From Tubulanus polymorphus (Eukaryota; Animalia; Nemertea), in NCBI RefSeq assembly GCF_964204645.1, contig NC_134028.1, positions 20,392,245 through 20,456,244 on the forward strand: DNA of 64,000 bases. The letters run 5' to 3'. Below the pieces are notes generated by a model. It was given only the letters and a program-made list of their open reading frames with translations, made no database searches and was not told the DNA's origin. Positions 29,322 through 44,024 of this stretch are shown here, one piece after another. Made by a program: the position numbers and the translations under genes. Numbering within the stretch: the first letter of the stretch is position 1; every line of letters starts with the position of its first letter.

Positions 29322-31719
29322 GTCGTATGAGACGAATTGATAGTGAATTAATGTGGATGGTACGGTCTTGATTGCTTTTTTAATAGCGTTGAACCGACTG
29401 ACACCAATAAAACTCTAAACGACAAATACTCGAGAGGAGTACGCGTAGTGGTGGTCAATAGTTTATTAAATTAATCACACAAATTAATTTTAGCGCCCAT
29501 CAAATACATGCTGTCGAATGTAATGAGATCACACGATACGTCAGTGAATAAATACCATGTACATTTATTCGTAAATTCTAGCAAATATTCTCTGAAAATG
29601 CAGGTAAGGGGCATTCTAGGTTGAAATCTAAAACTGGTCTGCTAAGCTATCCAAGACCAATCTAAAACTAGTTAGATAATTTAGATGTTTATATACTGGA
29701 TCGGACTCAACTGCGTATCTAATATAGGACATGGAAATTCCATCATTATTAGAATTCCTGTTCCATGTTCAGTTCAATATGTAAGAAGAGAGGCCGAGTG
29801 AGATTGAGGTAGTTTTTGTCATCAGAACAATGGCGGCTCAGATATCCTCAACCGAACTGTTGGTGAAATAAATAATTAAAGAATTCTGAGAGATGTCCGC
29901 AATGTTACTAAGTTACGGCAGAAATTATTGATCGCATGTTGACTGTTGTGTAATTCAAGCGTCGATCGATAATTGTATATAGCCTATCTAATACATACAT
30001 ATACATATGTCTGTTTTATACATGCAGTGTATATGACATTAATCTATTATTTATCCTATTCAGGTTCTACCGACATCGGAATATTCTGTATCTGATGACA
30101 GATGGTTACTTTTACAAAAATAACCGGACGTCCTGAGCCCCAGTCACATGCAGGCTAACATGGACATAGAATCCAATCTCTTTACATTACCGGAAACTGA
30201 AATAGACCCATATCATCAGATATATGCATTCATAAGGCGACCATATTAGACACACGATTTTGCCGAGAGGATACGAAATCTCGGTGAAATGATTTATTTG
30301 CTAAGCAAAATATCTAACCCAAACCTCACGTGATTCAAAATGGCCACCGCTTCTGATTGTGGGTAGCCGATCGTTTTAGGTAAGGCCTAATGAAGAAAGT
30401 ACGTGTAATAAAATGTGTAGGAATTTGTAATGATACGGTATTAGTATGCGTCGATCGATCAGCAGGGTATCTAGCTGTACAAAGAATTGTACTCTGATTT
30501 CGATTTTAATCACGTGTTCACGCGTTAAAAACATTTACGTATTGACCGACAACCGAATCTGAAAATAATCGCTCTACAATCCTCTGATTATCGATTAGTA
30601 GAAATCTCGAAGTATCTCCATTTTTCTCGTTACGTAACCTCGCTCGCTCGACGGTTTAAATCTGATTAGGATGGATATAATATTGATCGGCGTCGTAAAT
30701 CAGAGATATCCGAGATATCATTTCCTGAACCTGCGAGTTGAACCGTTTACTGTATAATACGAACAGCTTCCGCTTGTGGCGAGCTGTCTGAGAGCTGTGT
30801 GCAGTCACCACCGGCATCCCCGTGTCACCGCATTCCTCCCAAACAATCATCATTGCTTTTTCAATCGAAAGTTGAAGCATTTTGTTTGTCATTAGAACCG
30901 AGTCTGAGATACAAAGCAGGGCTTTTTGACACGGTAAACCATTGAGCTGTTATGTTGTATAATTAATTAAATGACGAGTCGTACATATTTTCTATTCTAT
31001 CTATGAATTATACATCATATGGCTAATCAATCTCAATCACGAGTATTATTCAGGGCATTCCAATGATGCGGTTCTCGGCATATTGAAATTCAATAAGTTT
31101 ACTTATTGATTTGATAATGTATAATTACCGCCAAAAAGTGCCTCTTATACCAGGCCAGTGTTAACAGTAGGCCTACATCTTATGCACTACATACCCGTTT
31201 GGTAAGTTAGTCAAGTTAGTTTTCTAGTTCGGGGAAGGATCCAGTATTGTGCGCTGGGATTCGGACATCTAAAACACGAACAACTGAAGAATTATCAAAA
31301 CCGTCATTATTCAACGAGCCGTTTTATCATTCTTCATAAGAAGATCTAAAAAGAAATCCGTTGTGCAATGTAAGCAATGAAATCGTGAAACCTCTAGAAT
31401 TTCTAATGTGGGCACCTCCTTCTCTGACCCTGGATCCGCCATTTTTGCATACAACGGGTGCAAAAAGGATGCAAAATGAGCTAAACGCTACAAAATATCC
31501 GTCATAACTACAACTAACTCGACAAAAGTCCCATTCATGGTGGGACCCGAAAGGGACCTCCAGCATGCCAGCCTAACAAGCTAACCACGCACACTAGTGA
31601 TAGAGTCTGGATACTGGTCAGTCGGGTGTGATCATCAACAATTAATAGCCCTGGTGATCAGTCAAGCTAACTTCATTGCCTTGCCTAAAATTCTGATTCC
31701 AAAAGTTTAAATTTTGTGT

Positions 31720-31765
31720 GTGTGACCATGGACGTATAAACTAGTTTATACGTTCATGGTGTGAC
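31720..31765. mobile_element. 32-bp palindromic micro-element with 7-bp direct flanking repeat (P-superfamily-like CATGG ends)
   Basis: GTGTGAC-[CATGGACGTATAAACT AGTTTATACGTTCATG]-GTGTGAC with one arm mismatch; a decayed relative is at 58004-58035. Confidence 0.7.
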
Positions 31766-34301
31766 AGACGCTCCTGATGTTCGGCACAATCTGATGCATA
31801 AGTTTCACCCATGTTTCTGCCTAGTCTCGGTTCCAAATTATACGCTACTGTTATCTTTTACAGCGCGCTGCAAACTGCACTGTAGTAACGACCGGAACGC
31901 AAATAATAGACAACTTTATTCGGACAAATAGCGCAGAGCGGCCTCGAGCAGTTACTGCGCCCGATAATCGTGAACATTAAACGTGTTTGGTTTGCAAATA
32001 GATCGCGCTCGTTTAGGAGATATCAATCTCCAAAACGACTTTACTCTTCAATTCTCACAGGTTACTCTCGGACTATTTCATATTATTACTCATCCAGGTT
32101 TACTGGACGGGTATAAGTTAAATCTTACTCATGAATCATAAACAGCCCTTGAGACGAGTAGTAATGTCGTATGGTAGAGGTTCTCTGTATCTGGTTAGTA
32201 ATTGCGTCTACGTCACAGGAGACCAGCCCACATCCTGTCTTCTCTTTTAATCATTAATCAAAATGACCAAATTCTTGTTTTATATACTCAAAATGTTTTT
32301 CATCGCCAAAGTATCACCGACAAAGATTTCTTTGTGGCTAGTCATTTAGAGGATATGAATATCTTGTTCGTCATTCTGACTGGGATCTCAATTTTTTTTG
32401 GGGTAGTATTCTGATATGTTTAAAATTTATGGTGTTACTTCGGTATTCGAGCTTTTCTAATAAAGTCACAATGCTACTCCATACGTGTTGTGAGTCCAGC
32501 ATTTTCTACGATGGCTACATAATAATATTGACCAAACTTTTTGACCCAGTTCTATTGTGGGTTCATACATTTTTACTTCTCAATCTTAAACACTAGGCTT
32601 AGGTCAGATTGAGACTGAACTGCAGGGTTTGGCATGCATGTATCAGTCTTTCAGCAATCAATTAGACAAAATACAAAGTTCAGACTAAATGCAACTATAA
32701 TCCCCGTATGTGCAATACATTCATCGATTATATCTCTCCTAGGACTGACTCGCAAAACGCGTTCAGTGAGTGAGATAAACGCGTGAACACAGTGAACACT
32801 GAGTGAGGAATTGAGAAATTTGGAGTTAGCTACTCGGGAGCTAATTCGATTAAATCATTCAACACAATGTTTACTGAAGCGGTAATAATTTGTAATTTAC
32901 AACTTCCGCTTCGACGCCCGTTAAGTTCCCGTCGGCCATTGCGCAGGCAGCGCAATTACGTCATTATACCCGTCTCGTCTGCGAGACGTCAAAAATCCAC
33001 TTTTACTTGTCACAATTTGACGTGTGTGAAACTGTTTGAGTAGGTCGAGTGATTATGCGTGAAACACAGAGAAACTATTCAGTTCCGAAGCCGTTGTATA
33101 AAATCATTGCAGGCACGCGCGGCGCGTGACGTCAAGAAAAGAAACTTACTAGCATACGCGAATATTGTAAAATATTGATATAGTTCAGTTATTCACAGTA
33201 CACTTAGAATCTTGATTCAAATTTAAACTCGCTTTTGAATAGATAAAATCGAAAAAAGTACGGTGGAACCGGCTTGGAAAAAGCAACAAAACACTAACTG
33301 ATTTACAGAATGCACGAGTTAGTTCTGAGAGTTCAAAAAATTGCCTGCTGTGTTCAGAATTTATTCATTTCTTCCAATTGAGAACCGTCACTCACGAAGC
33401 CCTCGCCCAGACATCCATCCCTTCAGAAACGCTTGTTCATGGACCCTTTCCACGTGGAGGAGAGATGAAATACTAGTTGATCATCTGAAAATATGAGATT
33501 GTCAACAGGAAGTGAAGTATGTCAGATTGTGTGCCGGTAAATATTGACTAGTGGTACCACAGTGTGATACATGTAACAGTATTGATTAATTGAATGTCGT
33601 ATATTGGTCACGCATTGTTTACCAGCTACCGTACAACATACAACGCATGAGTTGTATGGAACTCATGAGTTATAAAACTCATCAATATTTATAGTAAACT
33701 TGCAAGTAACGGTTCAAAATTAGCTATTTGAGTATAGTAGAACTCGGGACCCAATTCGACGTTTTATTGTATCTGAACCCAAGTCCACAGTAGTTGTGAG
33801 GGATCGCCTTTGAATTTGGACTCTACCACAATGGGTCTACTAATTCGACCCTGGGTTTAAATCTGACTCGGACCTTGCGTCGCTCATTTTGTTTGGATGC
33901 AGTTCCAGATTGTCCAAGTCAGCCCCATGCTATTCGAGTTTGCATTCAGTTCCGCTACATGAGTTTTTAAATCTTCCATGCTGATGTACTGTGCACTCGT
34001 CAGTAGCCTCTGTTGCTGATTACGGTGTTACTTGATTCCGATGAAGCCATGTATCCAACACATGAAGAACGCGGTTTAAAATGACAGTTTTCTTCTACCT
34101 TGTCTGTTATTATAGAGGAAAGCTGCGTGTAGTATCGTATGTAGGCATATTATGCCTATATTGATTCAGATACACTACATACAATCGAAACAAACTACTA
34201 CGGTAGGCCTAACGTACGTGTAGTTACACTTTAGACGTATTGCGTTGTGTAAAAAATTATCTACATTAATCTTTCCCTCAAATCTCGCATCCAAAATAAG
34301 T

Positions 34302-34675
34302 AACCAAGAAAACTAACTTGAAAGTTTATTGACGCCTTGAAAACAAAATATTGCGTAAATATTGACGACAATAATGTATTTTGGATTTGAATATCGACAA
34401 TTGAATTGAATTGACCGGCAACCAGTCTTGCCCCGATATATTAATGACGTAATGCACATCCTCTCAAAGATTTATCAAAAATGATATTTATATGAAATGT
34501 ATCTAATTACAAAATAGGCGCCTAAATTCACAATTGCAATTGTTATTTTGTAACGCCAATATCGATGACGTAGTGCACATCCACTCGCACCAGAACCACT
34601 TATAACGCATACGCATAACGCATCGGGTATCAATGTATATAGACATTATTTCAACGGTTTTCACAGCGTCAAATA
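34302..34675 (+). repeat. Dispersed ~400-bp repeat family, copy 1 of 4
   Basis: Core aattgaattgaattgaccggcaaccagtc...gatgacgtagtgcacatc is shared with 41201-41610 (+), 44025-44460 (-) and 55382-55760 (-). Confidence 0.8.
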
Positions 34676-37600
34676 ATCTCACGTGATCAAAATAAAATGG
34701 CCGCTGTGATATCGACTTTAAGACCGTGAACTCCTTATCCACTATGTCTTATCTTGAACATAGCAAACTCTTGAAAATTGAGCTTTTTTTCTTGGCAACA
34801 GGTTCTGTTAGGAATGTCATTGAGATTCCGCTCTGATTCAATGTTTGTCTGAGTTTTCTGATTCCATTTGGATATCTAGTCTGAATCCGCGCAGGTTCTA
34901 TTATTGATGATTCCAATCAGATTCGGCGTACAAACTTTGCGTAGCGATATCTTTGTCTAAGAAAGCATATTTCTGGGTCTGTATATATAGTCGAATATCA
35001 GAAAACGATTATTACTAGTTCATGAACTATGATTTCATTCACGAAGTAGAAACTCCAAGATTAGTCTTATTTGGCAGTTACCGGTTATAACTCCAGGATT
35101 AGGGTGTGCCAGTCACAGTTCAAACTGTTAGAAATATATACATATATAATACTGTATTTACGCCTCAGGGAAATCGCAGTAAATGATCGTCGCTTATAAA
35201 CCTGTGGTCCGTATTTGATGATTCAATGGTTTGAGATCTCTGGAAACAAAACTTCTATCATGGTATTCTCAGTTTATTAGATGGTTAAAGATCATCCCAC
35301 ATGACAAGGACAACGTTTTAGAACAATATTTTGCGTTTAGAAAGCATTAGCAAATTAGAACATAAATTCGTAATTCTTTATATCAATGCCTGTTGATGGG
35401 GTTTGATTCTATCATAGATTAATTATAAGCTGACAGAATTATTAACTTCGTTCGATCCGGAATTTGCAAAAGCAATTATTGGCGTCATTAGGGATGTCAT
35501 TTCAGACCTTTGCATAAATATTTTAATTGCTTGTCTGAAGAGAAAAGAAGAAGATATCTGTAATTCGTGAATCGAAATCGAATGGAACTGCTGCAACAGG
35601 AAGGGGCTGGGATGAAGATACATTAAACCTCACGAATCTGACACGCCCAACTCGGACTTTTAACCAACTAACTCGGGAAAAAACGATATCATTTCATGAC
35701 TTTTCTGTATTTTCCGATTCTAACTAGTGCTTTGGCGTTGAACTCATTTCCAACGCGTTCCCAGTTTGTCCGAGTGATGCGAGGTTTAATAGCGAATTCC
35801 GCCATCAGCTTATAAGCGTCAACAAGACTAAAGTAGTTTCTCATACATGAAAACTAGGCGGGGGTCCGTGCATTTATTAAAACCTGATTCGTCCATAAAC
35901 CGGATTCATTTCATCGGTTTGATCGGATCGAAGCGGAACCGAGTGTCAATGTATCGATATACAGTGGGAGAAGGTCACGCTCGAGTTCGAATCGGTAACC
36001 GATTAAGTAAAAGTATTGATATTTGACGGTTTATATGTATGATATATCAGTTAATATATCGGATATATGTGATAGAATTGATGTACTTTTGGTCGGTCAT
36101 GAACTGCGCCGTGTCGCGGCGGCCGCAGCAGTCTAGCTGAGTGTCGCTGTGACGTCATGTTAATTCAATTGACACCAGTCGCTCTTGCGCCTTCTCGGTA
36201 AATATTCATCCGTAATTCAACACTTTGCCAACTCTTACATAGCTTTATAACCTTCATTACATCCGAACCCGTTCGAACATTATAACCTTATTAACGCCCA
36301 AAACTGTTCATACTAAATGAGTATTACTGAATGTTGCGCTAGTTTATGGAGCTGAGGTACTGCTCGGTGTTTATTGTACATATATATACATATTGGTGAC
36401 TAACTGGAATATTGGTTGGGCGTCGACTTACAAAACCATCAATTCATCATTAATCTCTTATATCATATTACATCAAAGGAAAACAATATCCCAGAAATTG
36501 TGTTCGGGTTGACAGTTATATTAACAGCTAACTCGGTTCATTAAACCTGGGGTACAGTGGTGGTGGGGGAGGGGGTCCTCTCCCTGTTCAGACTACTCAT
36601 TCTGGATCAGTTTTTGAAAATGTGCTAATAAAATGTTAATGATATCTGTAGTTCATTTTCGGTTAAAATTTCTCAGGTAAATATAGGCGTCCCGTCATAC
36701 AAATTCAAATAAATTACCGTTTGAGAGCCGTGAATAGATTGTCCTCAGTTACTGCGCCAGGGAATGGAATGCCTATTAATCTACGATTAAGATTAATCGT
36801 ATTCCTCATAAAACTGCAATCTATCTCTCTATATAGCTGTGTTTGACGTGCTGAAGATTTTAGATATATCTTCAGGTGTTTGGGGTTACAGTGACCGTGT
36901 TTGTTGGGTTACTGTAACGGGGTTACTGTACCAGTGTTACTGTGTAGCGGGGGTTATTGTAGCGGTGTGTTCGGAGTTACATCAATCATCCGCTCTCTGA
37001 CAAACTGCAATCATTTTTCTACAGGAAATGGTCAAGTTTTCTCGACGGTCGGTTTCCGCTGTGAGATTATTCCGTACACCCCCTTCCTAATAGGGAGGAA
37101 GGGTACGAAATGAAGGGCGAGTTGCTAAATAAATACTGTATCGACCTATTATCTCGCAAAGTGGCTCACGATGACGTCACAGGGGATTATTGTATTAGTA
37201 ATGAATTGTTTTCGCAGATTTCAATATAATGAGAGTCTGGCCGTGACATGTCACTAAATGCCACGTACTGTCAGTAAACTGTCAGGTAGAAGCGTGTGCT
37301 GCTGATACAGTTTCTAGGCATGTAACCGTTTACCCTCCCTCCTCTCAGCGTCTCAGCCGCGTTAAATCCGTCTGTAAACTAAAGAGAAAGTAACCGATTC
37401 CATTATTGGCGACTTACAACATGCGCAAGAGGTCTTTATTCTGAAACAATTATCAAACGATTATCCGGGCAGAAGAGACGAGAACGCTGTTGGATCTACG
37501 TGATTGGCAGATTGAAAAATAGTCCGAACCTATGCAAATGTATAAAATTCATGCACTTCATATCATTTGTATATCTAATTGTATACATATTAGATCTATA

Positions 37601-37692
37601 TGGACATTCTAACATAACTATGCGTAGAATTATATAAATGTATAAATTCATATGCACATTTTTAAAGTAAAATGAATACATCTATGTACACG

Positions 37693-37970
37693 TTTGATTT
37701 GATTTGAACACTTTATTTTTCAAATATAATTTACAGCATAGTGTACAAAGCATAATACAAAATACAGTAAATTAGACCTGGAGGGGCCTGTAGAAACTAA
37801 GGAATAGTTTGTATAAAACAGGTCCCTCAAAAGAGAAAAGAAAAAAAGAGAAATGCAATAAAGAAAATAATATGCTCACAGTCAACCCTTAACACACAAA
37901 ATGCAATCAAAGTAAACTATGATAACAGCTTGATTAAGATATAATCATTTAATAAGCCAGTTGTTTTCTG
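37693..37970 (-). mobile_element. 3' end of an L2/CR1-group LINE
   Basis: On the minus strand: stem-loop gagggacctg...caggcccctc, then AATAAA and a (TCAAA)n tail. Confidence 0.55.
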
Positions 37971-39894
37971 TTATATTCCAAAAACAATAATTTTAGTTCG
38001 AATAACTGTATGATAAAATCAAGCACAACGTTCACAGTATATTGTATTATGGTTCATACGCGTGTATATATGTATGTACGCAGATTATTTATACGATGAA
38101 TTTAGATGTAATTTGTCACCGAGAGGAAGTTTTTAATTCGTGCCGCGGTAAGAGAGCGCTGATCGATGTGGTTGTGAAGTGTGGAATGGTTTGCCTCAAA
38201 TTCCAATTAGCGAGGATTCAATTGAAGCTCGCTCATCACTCAGGGGGTTTACACGTTAACTATAATACACACTGTCCCCTGGGGTTCTATACGCCTAGAT
38301 TCTCTCTCTGATTTCCTGTCTGTGTTTTTAAGTAACACTTCACCTGATGAGGATAAGTAGTGGTTTTGTAAATTACGGTTAAGACCCCCGAGAGGTAACT
38401 AGCTCTACACGCGCTCTAATCCGTTTCTTTACCCGGCAACTGCGGTTGCTGCTGTAATTACTGCTGTATTGAACACCTTATTCATTCTACGTGGAGCATT
38501 TCAAAAACTGATCGAGCTGTTTCTGTTCGGAGCTCACTAATGATGGAACCTCACTGATTGAGGTGTTTCGTACGTATCTAGCCATACGTATGTGGCTGAA
38601 TATACGTATTAGCGATTTCTAGAAAAGTTCTAAAAATCTTACATGTTAGGATATACTGCAATCAAGCGGCATGATATCAATCACCAGATGGCATGATGTG
38701 AGTCACTAGGTGGTGTGACGAGAGTCACTATTTCGACCGCCAGGTGGTGTCATTTTTGCCACGAATGGCGTGATATCGGCCGCCAGGACCAGTGGTGTAT
38801 ATCGTGTTGTTCGGTTTGTCTATTCTATATTCAATCACAGTGCGACTGTTCGAACTACTGTCTACTCTTACTCTTCAATTAAACGGCACTCCATGGATTT
38901 CTATTTAGTTACAGTAAAGATTACGCGTTGCTGATCTCTGCTGCTGAATCAACGAGACACATTTGATTGGCTTTCAACTATGCGTAATGTAAGGCTGATA
39001 TCTGGTGTAGTCCAGTTCTGCTGGACACGCTGTATGTCATCCATGTGTCTCTGCTGGGAGTTCTTGATGTCAACTCTTGTAAATCGCGGCAGCCTGATGC
39101 TTCTTCGCAGGTTATGAGTAATAAGAGCAACGACAACAGCAGCAGCCTAGTGCCTTTAAGGCAGTTTTACTCATTGATGTTAACTTCAAAATATGAAAAA
39201 CGAATTCCTTCGAGTTATGTCCAGTTTACAAAATAATTCGGCACTCATTTCTAAATATTCGCCCTGATGACAACCCCTAATTGAATTACATATCGAATTT
39301 TTGATATTTGTGATGATTTTTTAAAAAATTATTGTGAGCATTAGTCAAAGATTGTATCATTACCCGCGCGTGCGCAGTGTGGCCGGATATATCTAATTGT
39401 TCTGTCAGTTTTAAGACTTCGCTTATAATGTTTTAGTGTCACGAAGTCCATTAGACTTCTAATCATTAGGCATTAATCATTAGATCTTAGTCTGGTGAGA
39501 ATAGGTTATAGTATAAATAACATCGTTTATTTCAAATTTCTAAACTGATCTTAAACCCTGGGGTAGGATCGAATATTCCAGACTATCGGATTACTGTTAT
39601 AAATTCTATAAAACCGGTGGGAAATAGATTCAGGTTCACAGAAAGGTTTAGATGATATATGATATTCAGTCGTTTGATATTTAAACTAAAATTTTCTGTG
39701 TAAATAGCGTTATATCCAAATTTAGCTGTTATGTCGAGTTCGCCTCAGTATCATTGGAACTGAAGGTCCTCTCTTCTCTTTCCCCTCCCTCTTCCCCTCT
39801 CTCTCCCTCTCTCTATCTCTTACTATTTGATTAAATATACTGCACTCTTCCTGGGGCTATACAATGTAGGATAAACTACCATTGAGTCTCAAGA

Positions 39895-40258
39895 GAATCT
39901 TGAGAATCTCGGAATTACCTCCCTTACATGCATCAATTCATACAACTTAGTATTTCTTTGTTGCTTATATATCTCAACATGCAAAATCAGATGTAAAACT
40001 CCGAAAGCTTGCCTTATTTCTACGAAGAGGTCTCAGATATTTTGAATAACATTGCTGTATTAATCTTGTCACACATTAACTGTGTAGTGTAATCTTGGAT
40101 ATATATTAGCCTTGGTTATCACCTATCCAAAATACAACAGAATTTGTTTCTGATATTGTTCTGATATTGTATTGTATTGTGTTGTATTGTCTTTTTGCTC
40201 TAAGCAAATATACTTTTGTGAGCAATAAAATATATTCTATTCTATTCTATTCTATTAT
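39895..40258 (+). mobile_element. Degenerate LINE 3' end
   Basis: Decayed ORF end ...KLRKLALFLRRGLRYFE*, a TATTG-rich UTR, AATAAA and a (TTCTA)n tail at ~40235-40256. Confidence 0.4.
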
Positions 40259-41200
40259 ATAGTATCGATCCTTTGTCATTTGTGGTGAGCAAATGCTGGT
40301 TGTGTGATACGGATGCGATTCTTACTCGCTTGGTCGACGAGTTAAGGTTGAGTAGGCCACTTTACAGCGAAGGTTTCTGGTGATTGTTACTAATGAACCG
40401 GTTTACACGAGTCTGTGATTATTGTCCATTAATAGTGACCGGAACTGCGCCTGAGGGCTTCATTATAGACTCGTCTAGTGTCCGTCTGTGTGTGTCTATC
40501 GAGTATCAATACGCCCTTCCGCTTCTGGTCAGTCTCCGCTGCTGGTCACTCTCCGTTGCTGGTCAGTGTCTTTTGTGTCATTTGTCGCTAATTTCGTTAC
40601 TGATAACACAAATCAAGCAGGACTTACTGCAGGCAATAATTACGCGTCGTCGCCGCAACCGCCGCCATATTTTCTCAATCACGGTGTGTACCGAAAACAC
40701 GATATACACAACACGTACACTGTATACACACTTGTTTGTTACAAAAGCATGATGGCGATAATGAATGAAATGGCTGTAGCTTATGGTATACGGTAAAAAT
40801 GTCCCGGGAAGTAACTGTGCATTTACTTTATAACTTTTCATAATTTTCTCGATTAGTGATATGCGATTTAGCAACTGCACAATCGTAAAATCTTCTTAAA
40901 TTTGACGTATCTTGTAATGAGCTTACATTCTCATGTAGGCAAAATTATTCAATGCAACATTTTAGGCCTTTAATTCTCATGGTCACTCAATGAATTCTTT
41001 CCTTTTATGGTTTTATGGTTAGTGTGCAATTTACACAATTACCAAGTTTGTTCTGTGTTATTTTGATGTGAAATTTACTTAATTGGTAATGATAGGCTGG
41101 GATATTTCTGCTACCTTAAGGGACAATCTTTCCAGGGACATCATATTCCGGGAAATTTTTACCTACATTCGTATAGCTTATTCACGTGCGTCAAAGACTC

Positions 41201-41610
41201 AACGAGAAGACTAACTTGAACGTTTATCGAAGCCTTGAAAAAATAAAATATGTTATTGCTTAATATTGTCGACAATAAATGATATAATACGTGTATGAAT
41301 TATATCATATTAAGGATCAATAAAGTTATTCTTAATCTAAATGTATCAACAATTGAATTCAATAAACCGGCAACCAGTCTAGGACAGATATATTGATGAC
41401 GTAGTGCGCATCATCTCAAAAATTGTTCATAAAGACCTATGAAAAAATAAGATAAGAGTTATGAAATATATTAAATCACAAAATCAACGCAAAAATTCAC
41501 AATTGTCATTGTTGTTTTGAAACGCCAATATCGATGACGTAGTGTTCATCGACTCACACGGAACTCCTTATTCAACGCATACTAGAGGGTTTTTACGGCG
41601 TGAAAAAACC
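41201..41610 (+). repeat. Dispersed ~400-bp repeat family, copy 2
   Basis: ccggcaaccagtct...gatgacgtagtgcgcatc...aacgccaatatcgatgacgtagtg. Confidence 0.8.
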
Positions 41611-41790
41611 GTTGTTTTAACACAGCGACTATAAATATAGAACGAAGATACCATTAGACAGCGGCGACGAACGCATTTCGCTCTCGTCAGCAAGGAACTT
41701 AATAGTAGTTGCATACGCATGTTAAAATACCATTTGGAAGGACAGGGTAAGAATGTATTGGAAATATAAACGATAACGAAGATTATAGCC

Positions 41791-42147
41791 GCGTTCACAC
41801 TACGCTTATATTCAGAACGGTCTAAATTTGGCCTGGCCAGTTTTCCTTGGCCATTTTATCCGTGGCCATTTTTCTTAAGTAAATACCTTGCCCATTCTTT
41901 TCGTTCACCCAATTTAGCACGGACCAAACGTCCACACTGGCAAAAAAAACCTGTTCCATTTTAGACCGATCCAATTTGGACCGACCTAAAAGACCGATCC
42001 AGGCCGGTTCCAAATTTGGTACATAGAATTCGGAGCATAAAGCGCAATCTTGAAAACATTACTCACTTCGGCGGAAAGTGGGCACCGAATAGTCGCTTTA
42101 TTCTGGCTTATTCCGTACCAGATGAGTCCAGGATCTAGTGTGAACGC
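41791..42147. mobile_element. PIF/Harbinger-like MITE
   Basis: 12-bp perfect TIR GCGTTCACACTA ... TAGTGTGAACGC with internal ggacc/ggtcc pentamer-like repeats. Confidence 0.55.
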
Positions 42148-44024
42148 CTTCATCGCGGAGAGGGGTTAGAAGATGGGGTATGTTGGACTCGGTGCATGGT
42201 CAGAATAGTGTGTGTACAATAACACCCTACTCGGTTGAGTCTTGACTTTAAATATTTCACCGATTTTACCGGATGTCGAGTTGAGGATCAGATATATCTG
42301 TAAACTCCCCAAGAAGAATATCAATTTCCCCGAAATTGATATCGATTCGTGCCGCGGTCTTCTGAGTTGACCAGTAAGCGTTGACCTCGTCCAGTTATCA
42401 TATCAACTTCCACGAGTATAATAGATCTATGATTATTGATTTACGCTCGATCAAGAGTTTCACTTATTAGCCCCTAGAGTGCAATGAACCTGGCGAAACC
42501 TGGGCCTGAGGAAGAAGCATCTTTCAAATGTCGAGTAATTTGACTAAATTTGGGCTGTAGTTTCAACTGTGGGGGACAGCATTTCCGATCAAAATTCCTC
42601 ATTCCAGTGCAGAAAAACAAACTCGACCAACTTTGACCTTAGTTTGAACAGGGAAGTGCGTTGAGACTTCCCTGGTAAGTTCCACAATTTTCGGTTAGAA
42701 TTTGACTCCGGGGTGAATCATTTGAAATGAACTTATTTCAACTCAGAACTGCGAAACTGGATCCGGGTTTTATACAAATGTGTTTCTTTTCTGATTTGTA
42801 CGCACATCAAACAGTAGACGATAAAACCAATTACTGCACCGGCTACACGCGGGTATTACAGGAATATTTACTGAAATAACATCCCAGAAAAACTTCTATA
42901 AATTGCTTCAGTTCTTTAGCCGCATTCAGTCTATTTATCTCTTATACACACTTATACACACAGAAAGAGGACGATATTCAGCCAGAGTTGTCTATGATGA
43001 ATTGATTAGTGATCGCAATGAATCTAGGGAACGTCACAGAATGGATAGAGTTGACGATCGCGGAACGTAGAACGGGCCCGGTTAAACTGAAAACTTTGGT
43101 TTAGCTGTCATAAGAAATTTCGAATTTGCAAAAACAAAGCGATGCACCTGTTTCATATTTCAATTGTCAACTGTTTTATCCATTCATCAAAATACAAAAT
43201 GACCACTTAATATGAAACAGCTTGTAAAGTACAACGTAAACCGTTTTAAGTTTAAACTTCTTAATGGAACTGAAGCCTGCAGAGAGAAACTATATGTAAG
43301 GCATATTTCACTTTCCCGAACTCTGGTTCATTGAAATTTCAAAAACGTTTCTAAAGATTTTTCTGGTATGCGTTGGATTCGTCGTTGAATGAATCTCCAT
43401 TAAATCGTTACTTGTTTCATCTTTCGACTTGAACTTGAGTAAGAAGCCTCGTAGATTTTATTATACAGTTCGTACACTGAAACTGAACTGAGTAAATCAT
43501 TCAATTGGAAGACGTTAAAAATGATGCTTTTTTCTAACGAAAGGAATGAATTCGTATTGACCTGACAGGTCTGAGAAATATGATAATACACACTCATAAA
43601 TTTGAACTTTGACAAAGCAATGCGACAATTTTGTAGTGATTTTGAAAATGGCCATGAAACTCTGAGGCTGTGTTAGTATAACGACGATCTGTAAAAGGTC
43701 ACCTGTGTGTTAAGTGGCCTCAGCTGAGATAATGACACTGAAAGAGTTGCGTAGGCAGCGTGATTCGGCTGTCAGACGAATAAACCATGTGACAAGTGCA
43801 TTTAGATGAAAGTATGAGAATTATCTAGAGATATTCAGGAATAAGTTGTCGACGGATAATTTCACATAATTATCCAGCGCGCACCGAGTTATATGAGAGG
43901 ATGATGGTGGTTTTATTATTTTCTCGCTATTTATTTCTCGTGTTAGAGACCCAGCTACACGCAGAGCCACTGTCGTGTGTATGCGAGACTCGAATGCACC
44001 GATAACTACGAATATGGACATAAG

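Noticed and set aside
30064-30136. Acceptor followed by ILYLMTDGY, resembling a vWA motif that could fit an SVEP1-like gene
   Set aside because: The frame hits a stop within ~25 codons, has no good donor, and lies upstream of the signal-peptide exon.
30731-30903. Possible minus-strand exon (…MTNKMLQLSIEKAMMIVWEECG…)
   Set aside because: Weak splice sites, no recognisable protein, and its phase does not match the 63548 donor.
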